From assembly GCA_050084985.1 (NCBI GenBank), contig JBITNC010000001.1, forward strand, positions 103,726,001 through 103,790,000: a stretch of 64,000 bases of DNA, read 5' to 3'. The stretch comes from Nageia nagi (lineage: Eukaryota > Plantae > Pinophyta). Position numbers and translations under genes: made by a program. Numbering within the stretch: position 1 is the first letter of the stretch; every line of letters starts with the position of its first letter. This document shows, piece after piece, positions 24,397 to 38,799 of the stretch. Below the pieces are notes generated by a model that was given only the letters and a program-made list of their open reading frames with translations, searched no databases and was not told the DNA's origin.

Positions 24397-26610
24397 CTGT
24401 ATATTTCGTTGATGTGGGTCTCCTCGAGGATTCCATGCATGCACAATATTATCAAAATATGTTTGTGCTTTTTTCACTTGTTCTTCACTTGTCCAATCTA
24501 AATTATCCATGTTTGGAGCTCCCTCTATCCATAGAAAACCATGCACATGTGGAGATCCCCTATGTTGCCATTCATATCTACACCAATATTCTTTGACTTT
24601 CATTCGTTTTTGCAATACCTCTTTACGAAAAATTGTATTTCGTAGATGCATGTAATGAGCTACAATATGTGGGTAATCAATAATATTTTGTCTTCGCCAT
24701 TTTTGTGCTTCTCTTGAATCAGATGGCGATGTTCCTGGCATTAACGCATGAAGGTCAGGCCAATACATATCAGCTGCACTTAAAGTGAAAAAAATGGTTG
24801 GAGATCCAATTTGATGTAATAAATCACTTAATTCAGCACGACTCTTCGTCCAATAAGATCTTGTGCCTCTTAATGTAGAGCCAAAATGCATTAAACAATC
24901 TGCTAAATGTGATTGGGGAATATTATCCATGTGTTCTCGCAATTCATGGATTGTAGTTGGCAAATCTTGAAGACTCTTCTTTACAAACACTGCTGAAGAA
25001 TTCTGAGCACGGTGTCTCATTATCATGTTCATTATGAAATACCTAAATCTTGGATGCTTTCCAAAACAATGATCTCTATATCGTAATAAATGTTTTGCAA
25101 ATTCATGAAGATAAACTTTTCTATTTCTTGGTTCTATCCAATCACAGTTTCCATTTGGGAATAATGTTGGAAATGCCATATCAAGCAACCCTTCTGTAAT
25201 ATACTCATTTATAGGAGATGCTCCAATTCCAGGCCAATCAATGAGTGTTATTGGTTCTACATTAGGGTTGTTGACCCATGCATAAATTAATTCCATCTCC
25301 CTTGGTGCATTGGGTGGTTTACAGGCCATAGATGTTGTGTGATTAATGACATTTCCTTCATCCATCTCAATTGTTGGACCCATTACTACATATTCATTCA
25401 TATCAGAATTAAACTCCATATGAACAGAGTTTAGAATGTTAAATATGTTTGTATCTGTATTAGCTGGGAGATCTCTTAGAACATCTTCATTAATTTGCAC
25501 ATCCTTATAAAACTTATCATTTTCTATCTTATACTTCAAAGCTTTAAAGACCCTCTCTTTATTTACTGTGAAATTATAATTTGTACCACGTTGATCTCTT
25601 CTTCGAACAATAATGACTGGTAATTCATTTATAGGATGAGGTAGTACCTTCGCAATTTGTTTCACTTCTTGTGGAAAGCTAATTGTATGCCCTTTGTACT
25701 TATATTGGCCTCCGGTAGCATGTGTTACTTGTAATATTGGATTGACACGTGCTATCAACATTTCTTCAATTTGTGTTAAGTTTGATAATTCTGATGGTTG
25801 TGATCCAGGATCCATGTGATTTGTGGAAGAAAATCGATGAGGAAGAATTTTCTCTTGTCTACATCTATTACATGTCGGACCTTCAGTAGTAGATAACACC
25901 TTCATTCCAGGATAAGATTCTTGGCAAATGTAACACATCGATGGTGATGCAAGTTTTTGTAGTTGACTTCGAAATAAGGTTTGTATTTCTTTGAAATCTA
26001 TTTGAATATTTGTATTAGTGTGTCCATATGTTCTATTATGATTTGTTTGATTTGCATTCATTTGTAAACCTTCTACATTTCCTTCTCTTAAACGATGTGT
26101 TGGAGGTGTCTCTCCCATTTCAGTTGCTTCATATTGTGTTTGTCTCACCACAATTATATTTTTAGCATTTCTTTCAAAAAAAGAGGATGCATCGGAAACA
26201 CTTACATTATCATGAACATTATTACGATGTATTCTTTCCTCTCTTTGACTATCTTCCTCAGCTCGTCTAGCACGCTGAAGTTGGCGGTCATTCGCACGTT
26301 TTCTCCTAATCTCCTCAAGTTGAAATTGTGTTTGATTTTCTTGGTTTGTTGTTTGTTGTTTCATATATCTTTGGCGTGCTTCTTCTCTTTGATCTTCTGA
26401 TATTTTTGCACGTGTTTCTCTCATTTGTTGAGTGTGTATTGCTCTTTGTTCTTCATTTTCTTCATTGGACATATTAGCACGAGTTTGTCTCTTTCGTTCA
26501 AAATCGATTGCTCTTTGTCGTTGTTTTTGTTCATTTGTCATTTCTGCCCTACGTTTTGCTCGATTTTCTCTTTGTCTTTGTCTTTCTCTCTCTTTGTCAC
26601 TTTCAGTCAT
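24397..26610 (-). CDS. RepHel exon 1 (23-aa repeats, C4 zinc finger, DUF6570-like region, HUH Rep)
   Basis: CYIC..CNRC, LTQIEEMLIARV, YKGHTISFPQ, FPTLFP.G, LRGTRSYW, FFTLSAAD, YEWQHRGSPHVHG. Spliced CDS is 4821 nt = 1606 aa. An upstream in-frame ATG at 26697 is cut off by TGA at 26620-26622. Confidence 0.92.
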
Positions 26611-27543
26611 TCTTTCACGTCATCGTCTATTATAATCTCTGTGATATTGTCTATGTTGTTCTAATCTTTGTTGTTCTCTTTGCTCTTCAGAATTCATTAT
26701 CTTTGTCACAAATTTACTACAAAAACATAAGAGAATACATCATTATATTTATTTAAATAACAACTTAAAGATATTTACATAATTTTCAAGCATTAATATA
26801 CTTAAATAATTAACTCATGTTAAGAAAGTTAACAAGAAAGTAGACATAGAAGTGTTTAAAAAAAAAGCCCAGATTCCAAACTATCCCCTCATATATTAAT
26901 GATATGTTTATAAATAAATAAGAAAAAGAGTTTTAAATTCTTACACTCAAAAGAGAATCTAAGGTTACTAATTGAAGTTAATGTCTTCAAATAGGTGCAT
27001 AGTGTATCTCCAATAGAACACAAAATCTACATATCTTATTCCTAAATGCCACTTCATATCTATACGCGACTTCCTTGTGGGAATGGTATCTGAAACTGTT
27101 GGGACCCAGGAGTGCATTTACACAAAAACAATATGGATGATAATGATTTTTCAACTATTAAAAAGTTTGTCTTGAAAATCTATTAAGGTTATTGAACTTT
27201 ATCTAATATAGAACGAATTCTTGAGTTATTGTTCAAAAAAAGCCTGTCAGATTATTGGACTTTATATAATATAGAATGAATTCCCAAGTTATTGATCAAA
27301 CAAATTCCTAATGAAAACAACATCTAAAATAGAAGCAACTGTATGATAATTTTTTACTTTTCCATTGAGCCAACTTAAAGCTTCAATTTGCCACATATTT
27401 GCGTGTTTTGGTTTGTAAAGCATTGAATGCATTGGCTTTTCTCCCTTTTCTGTAGTTTGGAGAAACATAAATTCTTTCTCCATCGAATGCCATCCTTATT
27501 AAAGCACTCCCCTGTGCATCTCAGGTCCCCACAGTCTTGAAGG

Positions 27544-27836
27544 ATGGCGAAGATAAAAAATATTGAGTTGATATGCAGACTGGTATTGATTATATGTTGT
27601 GGCTATATTACCTCTCATGCGCAACTTAGTGCATCTTTTTATGAAAAAACATGTCCACATGCGTTATCCATAGTCTTCGCCTTCATTTTCATGACTGTTT
27701 TGTTAACGTATGACAATGTCAATAAAGATTATCACAGAAAAATATGTCTGAATGTGGAGATATCTTTATGAATTTTATTTTTATATGTTGGATAATCATG
27801 ATCTCTGTAAGTTTCTCTTGCAGGGATGCGATGGAT
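27544..27836 (+). pseudogene. Captured class III peroxidase 5' fragment (exon 1, intron 1, start of exon 2)
   Basis: Signal peptide + QLSASFYEKTCPHALSIV, then frameshifted LRLHFHDCFVN | GT intron 27708-27823 AG | GCDG, then truncated. Confidence 0.9.
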
Positions 27837-29235
27837 TTGTTGAGCAAGTGTGATTGTCATTGTTGTCAACACGTGGTTTTGGCTGTGTCTTCGCGTGAGT
27901 TTTTCTAGAGCAGATAAGCAGACTTCCGGAATGATAGGCAGGCTTCCGGAATGAAGTGATGACGTTCCGAAATGAAATGATAAAGCAGAGTTGTGGAAAA
28001 GTCCAGGTTCTGGAAAAGGTGAGAGTTGTAGAGAAGTCTGGGTTCCGAAGGATATGAGTGATTGTCATGCTGTCAACAAGGCTTTAATCGGGTTCTGGAG
28101 GTTTTGACCGGGTTCCGGAGGATATGAGTGATTGTCATGCTGTCAACAAGGCTTTGATCGGGTTCCAGAGGTTTTGACCGGGTTCTGGAGGATATGAGTG
28201 ATTGTCATGCTGTCAACAAGGCTTTGATCGGGTTCTGGAGGTTTTGACCATGTTTCGGAGGTGAAGTGTGATTGTAATTGTTGTTAACAAGGTGTTGATC
28301 GGGTTCCGAAGGTTTGACCGAGTTCTGGAGGTGTTGATCGGGTTCCAGAGGTTTGACCGAGTTCTGGAGGTGAAGCGTGACTATAACTGTTGTCAACAAG
28401 GTGTTGATCGGGTTCTGGAGGTTTTGACTGGGTTCCGGAGGTGATGAATGATTGTAATGTTGTCAACAAGTGATTTTGGTAAAGCCGGAGTTAGTAAACA
28501 AAGCATTCCAGAAGAAATGACGTCAACGATTTCGGGCTATCATTCAAAACCGGAGTTCGGAAGTGATGAGGTCAGCAAGGAGCGATTAAAGAGCCGGAGC
28601 CAGCGAGTAAAACATTCTGGAAGCAAGAGATGACATCACGGAGAGAACGATGTTCACATTTGTGAATAGAACTGGGTTCTGGAGACGATGAGGTCAGCAA
28701 AGAATGATCAAAGAGCCGGAGTCAGCAAATAAAGCATTCCAGAATGCAGAGATAAGATCGGTAAAGAGAGATTGAAATTCTGGAGTCCATAAAGTAAATG
28801 TTTCGGATTAAAAAGATGACATCACAGAGGATAAGATAGTCAAGTTTTGGTAAAGACATCATGGTGGTGGTGTTTAAAAGTCTGAAGACAAAAGTTCGGA
28901 GACAAAAGTCCGAAGATAAAGGTCCGGAGATGATGACATCATGCGGGAAGCATTTTACTCTACTACCGGAGTCCGGAGATGATGACATCATGGTGTAAGT
29001 GTTTAAAAGTCCGGAGACAAAAAGTCCGGAGATAAAGGTCCGAAGATGATGACATCATGCGGGAAGCGTTTTACTCTACTTTCAGAGTCCGGAGATGATG
29101 ACATCATGCTGTATACAATAAACATCCGGCAAGCGAGACAAAGAGTCCAGAATTAACAGAAATATCATTATGAAGAAGACAAAGAGTCCGAAATTAACAG
29201 AAATATCATTATGAAGAAGACAAAGAGTCTGGAAT
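27837..29235. repeat. Composite minisatellite array inside the Helitron
   Basis: 70-bp units starting at 28050, 28120 and 28190 (20-21 bp subunits). ~123-, ~128- and 41-bp duplications follow. Recurrent TCCGGA and GATGACATCA. Confidence 0.9.
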
Positions 29236-29336
29236 TATACGAACAGAAGTGCAAAAGAATTCAAAGTATAAATTGTATGTAAAATAAGAAATAAGAAATA
29301 TTACAGTAAAAATATATTTACAATAGCAGAGAATTA

Positions 29337-29475
29337 ACTTACAATAAAATTAAAGTTCTCTTCTGTTTTTACAATCTTTTGTTCTAACTTTGCTTGTTCG
29401 AATTCACTACATCTCTCGATTGATTTGGGAATGATTTTTTATGATGTTTGATATTCTTCGTTCCATTTATATATT
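29337..29475 (-). promoter_or_regulatory. Putative RepHel promoter (TATA) and non-coding first exon
   Basis: Minus-strand TATATAAATGG at ~29463-29473, a purine-rich leader, then a GTAAGT donor at 29342. Confidence 0.45.
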
Positions 29476-29480
29476 AATTT

Positions 29481-29649
29481 TTGAAAAGATGTGTCTTTTA
29501 ATATTTCAGTCGGCTATATAATTTTAATTTTAAAAAAATTATTTTCCCACCAATTGTTTAACGGATGGACTCACATGCGACATTTTGCTCCCCCACTCCA
29601 CCCCCATGCTGCAGCTGTAGAAACGCCTCTCGATGTAATCAGAAATAGG
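29481..29649 (-). repeat. Inner (relic) copy of the Helitron 5' terminus
   Basis: Direct repeat of 30446-30618, but the terminal TC is replaced (GCCTATTTCTGATTACATCG). Confidence 0.85.
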
Positions 29650-29694
29650 CCACCATAACCTTCATGGTGAACCTTAAGCTGATCTCATCCCAGA

Positions 29695-30618
<924 letters not shown>

Positions 30619-30879
30619 TGAATGTGTTGATTAAAATAACAAAACAAGTAAATGCAACTATCTATAAGTGTGTCTTAGCCATTATTTATGTTATGAATTC
30701 ACATGAAGTAATAACTTTTACCTTTTTGATCGAAATTCAACTTTCAATTCTCTATGTAAAATTTTTTTAAATGAGGTCTCTTGAGGAATTTGAATATTAA
30801 ATTCTCAAGTTTAAAGGAATTTAAATACAAATTATTTTGTATTTAAATAATTAGTTTTTACATGATATATTCATAAAAC

Positions 30880-33800
30880 TTAGTTTTAAAGGGTGAATGC
30901 TATCTAGTTTAATAAATATTTTTTCATACCTTTGTTAATGTTGGTGGAGTCTATTCACTTTTTAGGAATAGGAAATAAAAAAAAAAAGCCATATACACAT
31001 AATATATGTCAAAAATTTGCTACCGCCTAGCTCCTCTTTCCTTTGCTCAACTCCCTCTTCTGGAATACATACATATTACAAATGCAATACATATACACAC
31101 CATGAACACCTTGTAGATATTCATCATGAACACCTTGCACATATGCACTAGTAATGATCCCACCATATGTATTACAAACCTCTAAAACTTATGTGCCACC
31201 TTCTTATTTGGCATCGATGGAGCCCATTCAATTTTGGTAATAAGTCAATGACTATGAGCATGCAAATATGCATTATGATTGCCTTACAAATACACAGTGC
31301 AAATGCTTGTACATATGCTTCATGAATATATACACATATTTATCATAAATGTATTTCACATATGTATTTTGAACATAACTACAGACGTTCATCAAATGTA
31401 AATGAACATTTTTTGAGAAACATCGTGTCACCCTAAATGAATGTCATTAACCTAATTTATTTCATTCATTTTGAGTGTGTAGGATCATTTTGACTAAGCT
31501 AGAGCTAATGCCTACACATATACACCATGAATGCTCGCACCTATATACCATGAATACAACCACATATGGTTCACAATTGTAAAGAGACATCTCAAGAGGA
31601 ACATCTTATTACCTTGCATGAACATCACTAACTCAATTCATTTTGAATGAGTGGGATGTTGAAGAATGATTCTACTAAAGCTTGATGGATAAGTAATATT
31701 TAACCTTACCAAAGTGAATCACCTACACATCCTTCCCTTTTCATTATATTATGATGGATGAAAGTAATATTTTGTGCATATCATACAAACTATAGTGCAT
31801 GAAACTATGTTTGCATCATGCAACTTTCCAAATAACTTTTGGTTCTTATGTATTCTTCCATATTTTGCATACATGTTTATAGTATTCACTACCTTAAAAT
31901 TAATTAAAAAATCATTTGTTGATTTCTTGCAATCCATATAACTATGTTTGCAACATACATATTTTCAAAGAATTCATGGGACTTGTATACTCTTCCATAT
32001 TTTGTATAGATATTTACCATGATATTCAAAATAAATACATTCAATGAGAATCCATTTTTGCATATTTTACAATTATTGTAGTCCATGAAATTATATTTAC
32101 AACATGCATCTTTTCAAATAATTTATGGGCATTAAGTATAATTCTATATTTTATATACATATTTATAAACGCATTTACAATGATATCATTTAATGAACAA
32201 CCATTTATGCATATCTTACGATCATTACAATCTATGAACCTATATTTGCATCATACATATTCATAAATAATGCATCTTCTAAATGTGTGTTTTTATCATG
32301 CATCATCAATTTTTATATAAAAGTTTTATTAAAAACTCAATTATTAAAGTTATTGAAATACAATTTATTAAAAACATGTTAACCTTACAAGCTTAGGTAT
32401 TTTATTTTCATTGTTTGGAGATCATATTATCTTTTTCTACTATCCTTGGCATCTCCCCTATTATATCTTGAATATGACTTCTTAAATCAAGGAGTTTGAA
32501 GGAGAATGTTTGATTTTATATTTAAGATTCCTCTATGGTTTATATATTTTGAGATAAAACTTCATGAATCAATGATAAAGTAGAATTTATCAATATTGAC
32601 TATGGTTACTTGAAAATATTTAAGAGATCAATTAAGATAACTATAACATTTTGAATTGTATTGAGTATTTACAACTTAAAATTTTCAATTGTTAATAGGC
32701 ATATAGAAATAGTATTGAAATTGGTTTGGTTATTAGTGGATAATTTAGTTTTAAAATTTTATAAGTTGATAATGTTATATCTTGACAAATACAATCTAAG
32801 TCTTATTCATTATTCTTTTCATGATGTTGATTCAATATTATGTATAAAGAAGCATTGTATTGATATAATATTGAGAGGTTGAGAATGCCTAAAGAGAATA
32901 TGAAAAAGTCTTCTAAATAAGAATATGGAGAAATATGCAAAAAGCATTACTTTTCATCTATAAAGTAATGAATAAAACCTTATTTCTAACAGTTAGAGCT
33001 AGAACAAGGACAAAGAAAGCATATATAATACTAATTCAATCTAATAACAAGAATCAATGACAATAAAGATGATAATAAGTTGAATAAAGCAAATGATCAT
33101 GAACATAAACGAATGATATTCGCTCAAGTGATAATAAGATTCTAGTATCAATAGGTGGCATTTAGAAATACCTGAGTGTAGAGTACTAGCTATCGAGACA
33201 TAATATTGATTTGCTTTTCTCAAGTTAGAGATACTTACAGTTATAACATGTGTGATATCACCATTTGATCCCTAAAATATTGGTTGAAGTTGTCACAATG
33301 TATCTAACATAAAAATATGAACACAACCTAGGAAATATGTTATAATAAGGTAAACTATGAGTGAAATATGATTAAACATGTATGTAAAGTTGCACCTAAG
33401 TGGGACCGTGTTAAGGGAACCACTTTTAGGTGTCAACCCTATATGTAAGAGTTCTTTAAATGATCTCCTTAGGAATTCAAATATTAATTTATCAAATTTC
33501 AAGGTAATAAATTACACAATATTTTGTATTGAAGTAATATTTTTGTATATGATTTATTCATAAAATTAAGATAATTTTAAAAGGTAAAGGCTATCTAGTT
33601 GAATAAACACTCCATCATACCCTTGTTAATGTTTTTGGGGCCTATTCACTTTCTAGAAAAATATAGATAAAAATAACCATATAAGTACAACATATATAAA
33701 ATATTTGCTACAACTTAGCTCCTATTTCCTTTGCTCAGCTCCCTCTTTGCAAGAGACATTATGAATTCAACATAGATATGCATTATGAATGCCATACACA

Positions 33801-35535
33801 TACACATCGTGAACACCTCAAATGTATGCACTACCAATGATTCCCACATATGCAATATGAATATCTACAACTTATGTCCTACCTTCTTGGTTTGCATTGG
33901 TGGAGTCCATCCAGTTTTTGGTAATAAGTCAATGCCTATGAGCATTCACATATGCATCATCATCACCCTACAAATGCTTGTAAATATGCTTCATGAATGC
34001 ATACACATATATACCAAAAATGGGTCCAACATACATACTATGAATGTAATTACATAGGTACATCAAATACAAAGGCATATCTTTTGAGAAACATCATGTC
34101 ATCCTACACAAATATCACTAACCCATTTGGTTTCATTTATTTCAAGTGAGTAGGATCATATGTAGGATTTGGCTACAACTAATGCCTCCACATATGTATT
34201 AGGAATTCCCCCACAAATATACCATGAATACAACCTCATATGCACAATAAATGCAAAAGCACATCTCTTGAGATACATCTTATCACCTTTTATGAACAAA
34301 ACTAATGCAATTCATTTCAAATGAGCTGGATGTTGAAGATAGATTTTGCTAAAGCTTGACTGGTAAGTATTGTTAAACCTTAGCAAAGTAAATTGCCTTT
34401 ACATTTGTCATTGTTATTATATTCTAATGGATGGATGTAATATTTTTTGCATATCATACAACTAAAATAGTGCATGAAACTATGTTTGCATCATGCATCT
34501 TTTCAAACAACTCTTGGGCCTTATGTATTTTTTTATATTTTACATACACATTTAGTTGGACATTCCCTACTTTAATAGTCAATGAGAAATAACTCATTGA
34601 TATCTTGTAGTCCATAAAACTATATTTGCATCTTCTCTAATAAATTATAGGAATTTAGTATTCTTCTATATTTTGCATGCATGTTTATAAAGGTATTCAC
34701 AACCACAACATTTGATGAACAACCATTTATGCATATCCTATGATCATTGTAGCCTATGAACCTATGATTGGAACACATCTTAATAGATAATGCATCTTTT
34801 GAAAGTGTATTCAATTATGCATCATCAATTTATGTGTATAAATTTCAATGAAAATTAAGTTACTAAAGTTATTGATATACAATTTATTAAAAACATGCTA
34901 GTCTTACAAGCTTAGTTATTTTATTTTCAAATTTTGGATATCATATTCTCTATTTACATACCTTCTTGGTATCTCCCTTATTTTATCATATATATAATCA
35001 CTTAAATCAATGATTTGGAAGGATCATGCTAGATATTATATTTAAGATTTCTTTATGATTTAGACATTTTTATGTATTTATAATTTGGGACTAAAGCTCA
35101 TGTATTAATGATAAAATAGAGTTGATCAATCCTGACTACGGTTACTTGCAAATATTTAAGAGGTCAATTAACACATCTTCAATTTTTTTGGATTGTGTTG
35201 AGTATTTACAACTTAAAAACTTTCAATCGTTAATATGACTACATAAATAATAATAGAATTGGGTTGCTTATTGGTGGATGATTTAGTTTTAAAATTTCAT
35301 AGATTGCTAATATTATATCTTACCAAACATAATATTAGTTTTATTCTTTATCCTTTTAATAATTTTTATTCAATATCATGTATCAAGAAGTACTCAATTG
35401 ATATAATATTGAGCACTTGAGAATGCCTCAAAACTATTCTAAATAAGATTAAACATAAATATGCAAAAAAATATTATTTTTCATTCATCAAGTAATAGAT
35501 GAAACTAGAACAAGGACCAAATAACCACATAGATG
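30880..35535. repeat. Diverged direct duplication (~30880-33030 and ~33570-35535) containing decayed PPR fragments on the minus strand
   Basis: Colinear blocks (31021~33709, 32401~34921, 33001~35507). ~145-bp internal repeats translate as VVNTINMYAKYGRIHK..KLF.K.HDANIVS (PLS-class PPR). Confidence 0.75.
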
Positions 35536-37367
35536 TAAGATATAATTTTCTTTTTGAATGTGAAGGAAAAGCATAGTTTCAAATATTTTCTTTATCTACC
35601 CTAATATTAAAAAAATCCTTAAGACTCTACTTTTTTCCTATTCTCTAAACAACTCTTTGAACCTCAGATGCTGGACTTTGTTGGTAAATTATAATACACT
35701 CTAATGAGCCAAAATATGATATACAAAATATAGCCAAGTCTTAGTTTTGCAACATAAATAGGAGAATTCGTGAAATATTTACTATAGATATAAAAATGCA
35801 TATTGTGTAATTACTTTATCACGAATACTTTTATATTTGGATAATAATATACACAATATAAGGAAATTGTAGTTCTATACAAAACTCTACACAATATAAA
35901 TTTGCTGGCAAAAATATTTAGTTTTCAACTTTAATGGTTTGAATTTTAATTTGTGCCATTCATTGGATAGGCATATTTTTAGATTGTTACCGCTACAATT
36001 TGTTTCCTATTATGTTGGGTGGGCTGGGCACCGATTTTATACTACTAGACGGTAGCCTACATAAACTATGGGTAGGTGTGCGTGGAGAGAAGGTAAGCAA
36101 GGTGAGGATACCAATTATAAATATTTATAGATTGCCAGTGGGGCAACATAACATGCTATGGCAGTCTTGGAGCTAGGAGGATGTGTACACAGAGGGCAAC
36201 GTGATGAGGGAGTAGAGGGCATTGTGATGAGGGAGGCTAATTGTCATATGCCTGAAATTGGTATTCAAAGACATTTCTATTTAAATCAGATTCTAGAAAA
36301 TGGATAGTTTGTAGACGGCATAACAATATAAAACATGCAATGCTCAAATTTCTTACGATAAACGAAATACACGCTACACTCTACGCTCTGTAGCGTTGGA
36401 TGTTGGCTGGTGAGAGAGCTATGCGCTGGTGCGTGGAGCGCAGAAGGAAGTTCTCTATTGTATCATATGTGGGCAGCTTTTATTCTCAGAGATCATGCAT
36501 AATGCAAACACAGTATCATGAACTATTGCAACGGATCATTTTCTAGGAATAGCTTAGTTTAATTTCCACATCATCTAGATTGGGATTGTACTAGGTTGGG
36601 GTGGAGGGTTGCACACACAAAACTCTCAAATATAAATTTTTCTTCCTCGCAGGTTTCAAAATTGTTCTTACAAATCTGATGGCAGATTTATTTTTATTAG
36701 TAGTTGGGAGGGAGGGAAAGATCAAATAGAACCTCTCCACTTTTCTCTGTGCAAAAGTGCAAGATTTTTAAGTATTTTACACTTGTTTTTAACAGCAAGG
36801 AAAACATCTCACAATTCTCTCATGAACCTTTTCAAGGTAAGAGATATTTTACACTTCCTTCTGGAAGCAAGGAAAACCACTCCTCAAATTTGAAGCACTG
36901 ACACCATATTGGAGATGAAAGCTATGAGTATTTTGTATTATTGATAAGAGAGTTTAAATACAAGTAGATGTGATCCCATACAATAGCAAAAGTAGATAAC
37001 AACCATGTGGAGACCTAACTATTTATTAAATATATATTAGAGTAGATGGTAATTTATATTATTATTTATGTACATACCTAATGACTAATGTTTTCTTTTC
37101 AAATAAAGGTATATTTTGATACTACCTATTGAGATTGAGATCTAGTTATGCATGAGCTCTTATCATTCATGTTCATACTTATATGCTAGACTATGATTTT
37201 TTCCTTATTATGTAATTATGGATCTAGGCTATGAGGACTAATATGGAGGAATCATGCTAGTTTAGAAATTAATGTCATCTTAGGCATTTATTCTATCCTT
37301 AGAGTTCAAAGTGGTATATAACATCTCATCCATTAATGGGTTCTACAACAGAAGATCCAACTTTGGT

Positions 37368-37415
<48 letters not shown>

Positions 37416-38799
37416 GGGTGGTAAGTATATACTCTTTGTTCTCTCTCTCTCTCTCTCATAGCTTATATGTTATAAATTTCATTTAATAATGTAGGCATTT
37501 CCATATCAATTTCATATTTACATTACTACTCTATTTATTGTTGTTGTTCTTTTCGTTATTATTATTCTATAAGATCAACACAATAAAAAACTATAAACAT
37601 ATGATCCCTATTTATGTAGATCTACATAATTACAAGTTAATCAATTCATCAATTTAGGGATAATTTAATTCATCTATAGATTCTAAGGAGCTAAACCTCC
37701 TTTGTACTGTATTGGATTGCTATTTAAACATCCCATGTGTTATAATAATAGGTCCTCCATATTATTCTTCATATGAATAACCAAAGTTATGTTCACATTG
37801 AAATCATCAAATGTATGCAAGAACTAAGTCCTTAGACCATAATAGATATTAGTTGCTACTAGTTGAGAAAGGTCAGGTTATGGTACATGGTAGCTCATCT
37901 AACTATGCAAGAAGATAGAAATTACACCTATTAACATTAGAATGAGTAATGGGATAGGGTGATATTAGTGGTAGTAAGGAGTTACAAGGTACATCGCATG
38001 AATTATCTAAATCCCACATAACAATTAATAGAATATTGAGATTAAAAGGATCTCCCACCTATTCACATGCCTCCTTTCATGACGTGATCATTAATTAGTT
38101 AAGCAATTATTTCTTTGGTTTTATGTTCATATGTCATTATTATATAGTATTATTCTTTTTTATTGATTCCTAATTCAAAAGTTTTGTTTGACTCCACATG
38201 GGGATCTGATGGAGCTACCCCTACATTTTTTATCATAAAGTATAAATAATATATATATATGTTAACAAAATAAATGAAGTAGTATTAGAATTGGAAAGAG
38301 GAAGATGTAAATACCCTGAAAGTCTAATTCAACTTGGAAAGTTTTATGTAAAGATAAGCTCATGAGTGAAATTTTATTTTTTATATTTTTCAAAATATTT
38401 TTTGGAGATATATGATTTGTATATGATCTCTGTAAATTGATAAGGTTATTTTTATTTTTTAGTATAATGGCCTTCATATTTATAATATTTTGCATATGCT
38501 AAATTTTATATTTTGAATATTATCTTAAGATGAGTTCACATCATTATGTTTGATCATTATTGTAGTGTGTGACTGTATAACATTAGACATATAATATCGA
38601 AGGGAAAATGATACTTGGTTATAGTTTTTGTTGTTGTTTGTTATGATGCATCAATTAATGTAGCTTAGCTTTTTTGAATTTAGATAATACTAAATCTGCT
38701 AAGCTATATGCATAAGTGTTATTGGATATTTTTAATAATAATATTATTTACTTCCATTAGAATGAAACTAGAATAATTTGCATAATGGTATTATCTTTC

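Noticed and set aside
21518-26610. Three separate genes or a host PIF1 helicase
   Set aside because: Canonical introns join them into a single HUH-Rep/Pif1 fusion inside transposon termini.
26095-26756. Hydrophobic plus-strand ORFs
   Set aside because: They are antisense shadows of the R/E/Q-rich RepHel N-terminus.
28050-28470. Regular repeats as a CRISPR array
   Set aside because: Units are contiguous with no unique spacers, there are no cas genes, and the context is eukaryotic.
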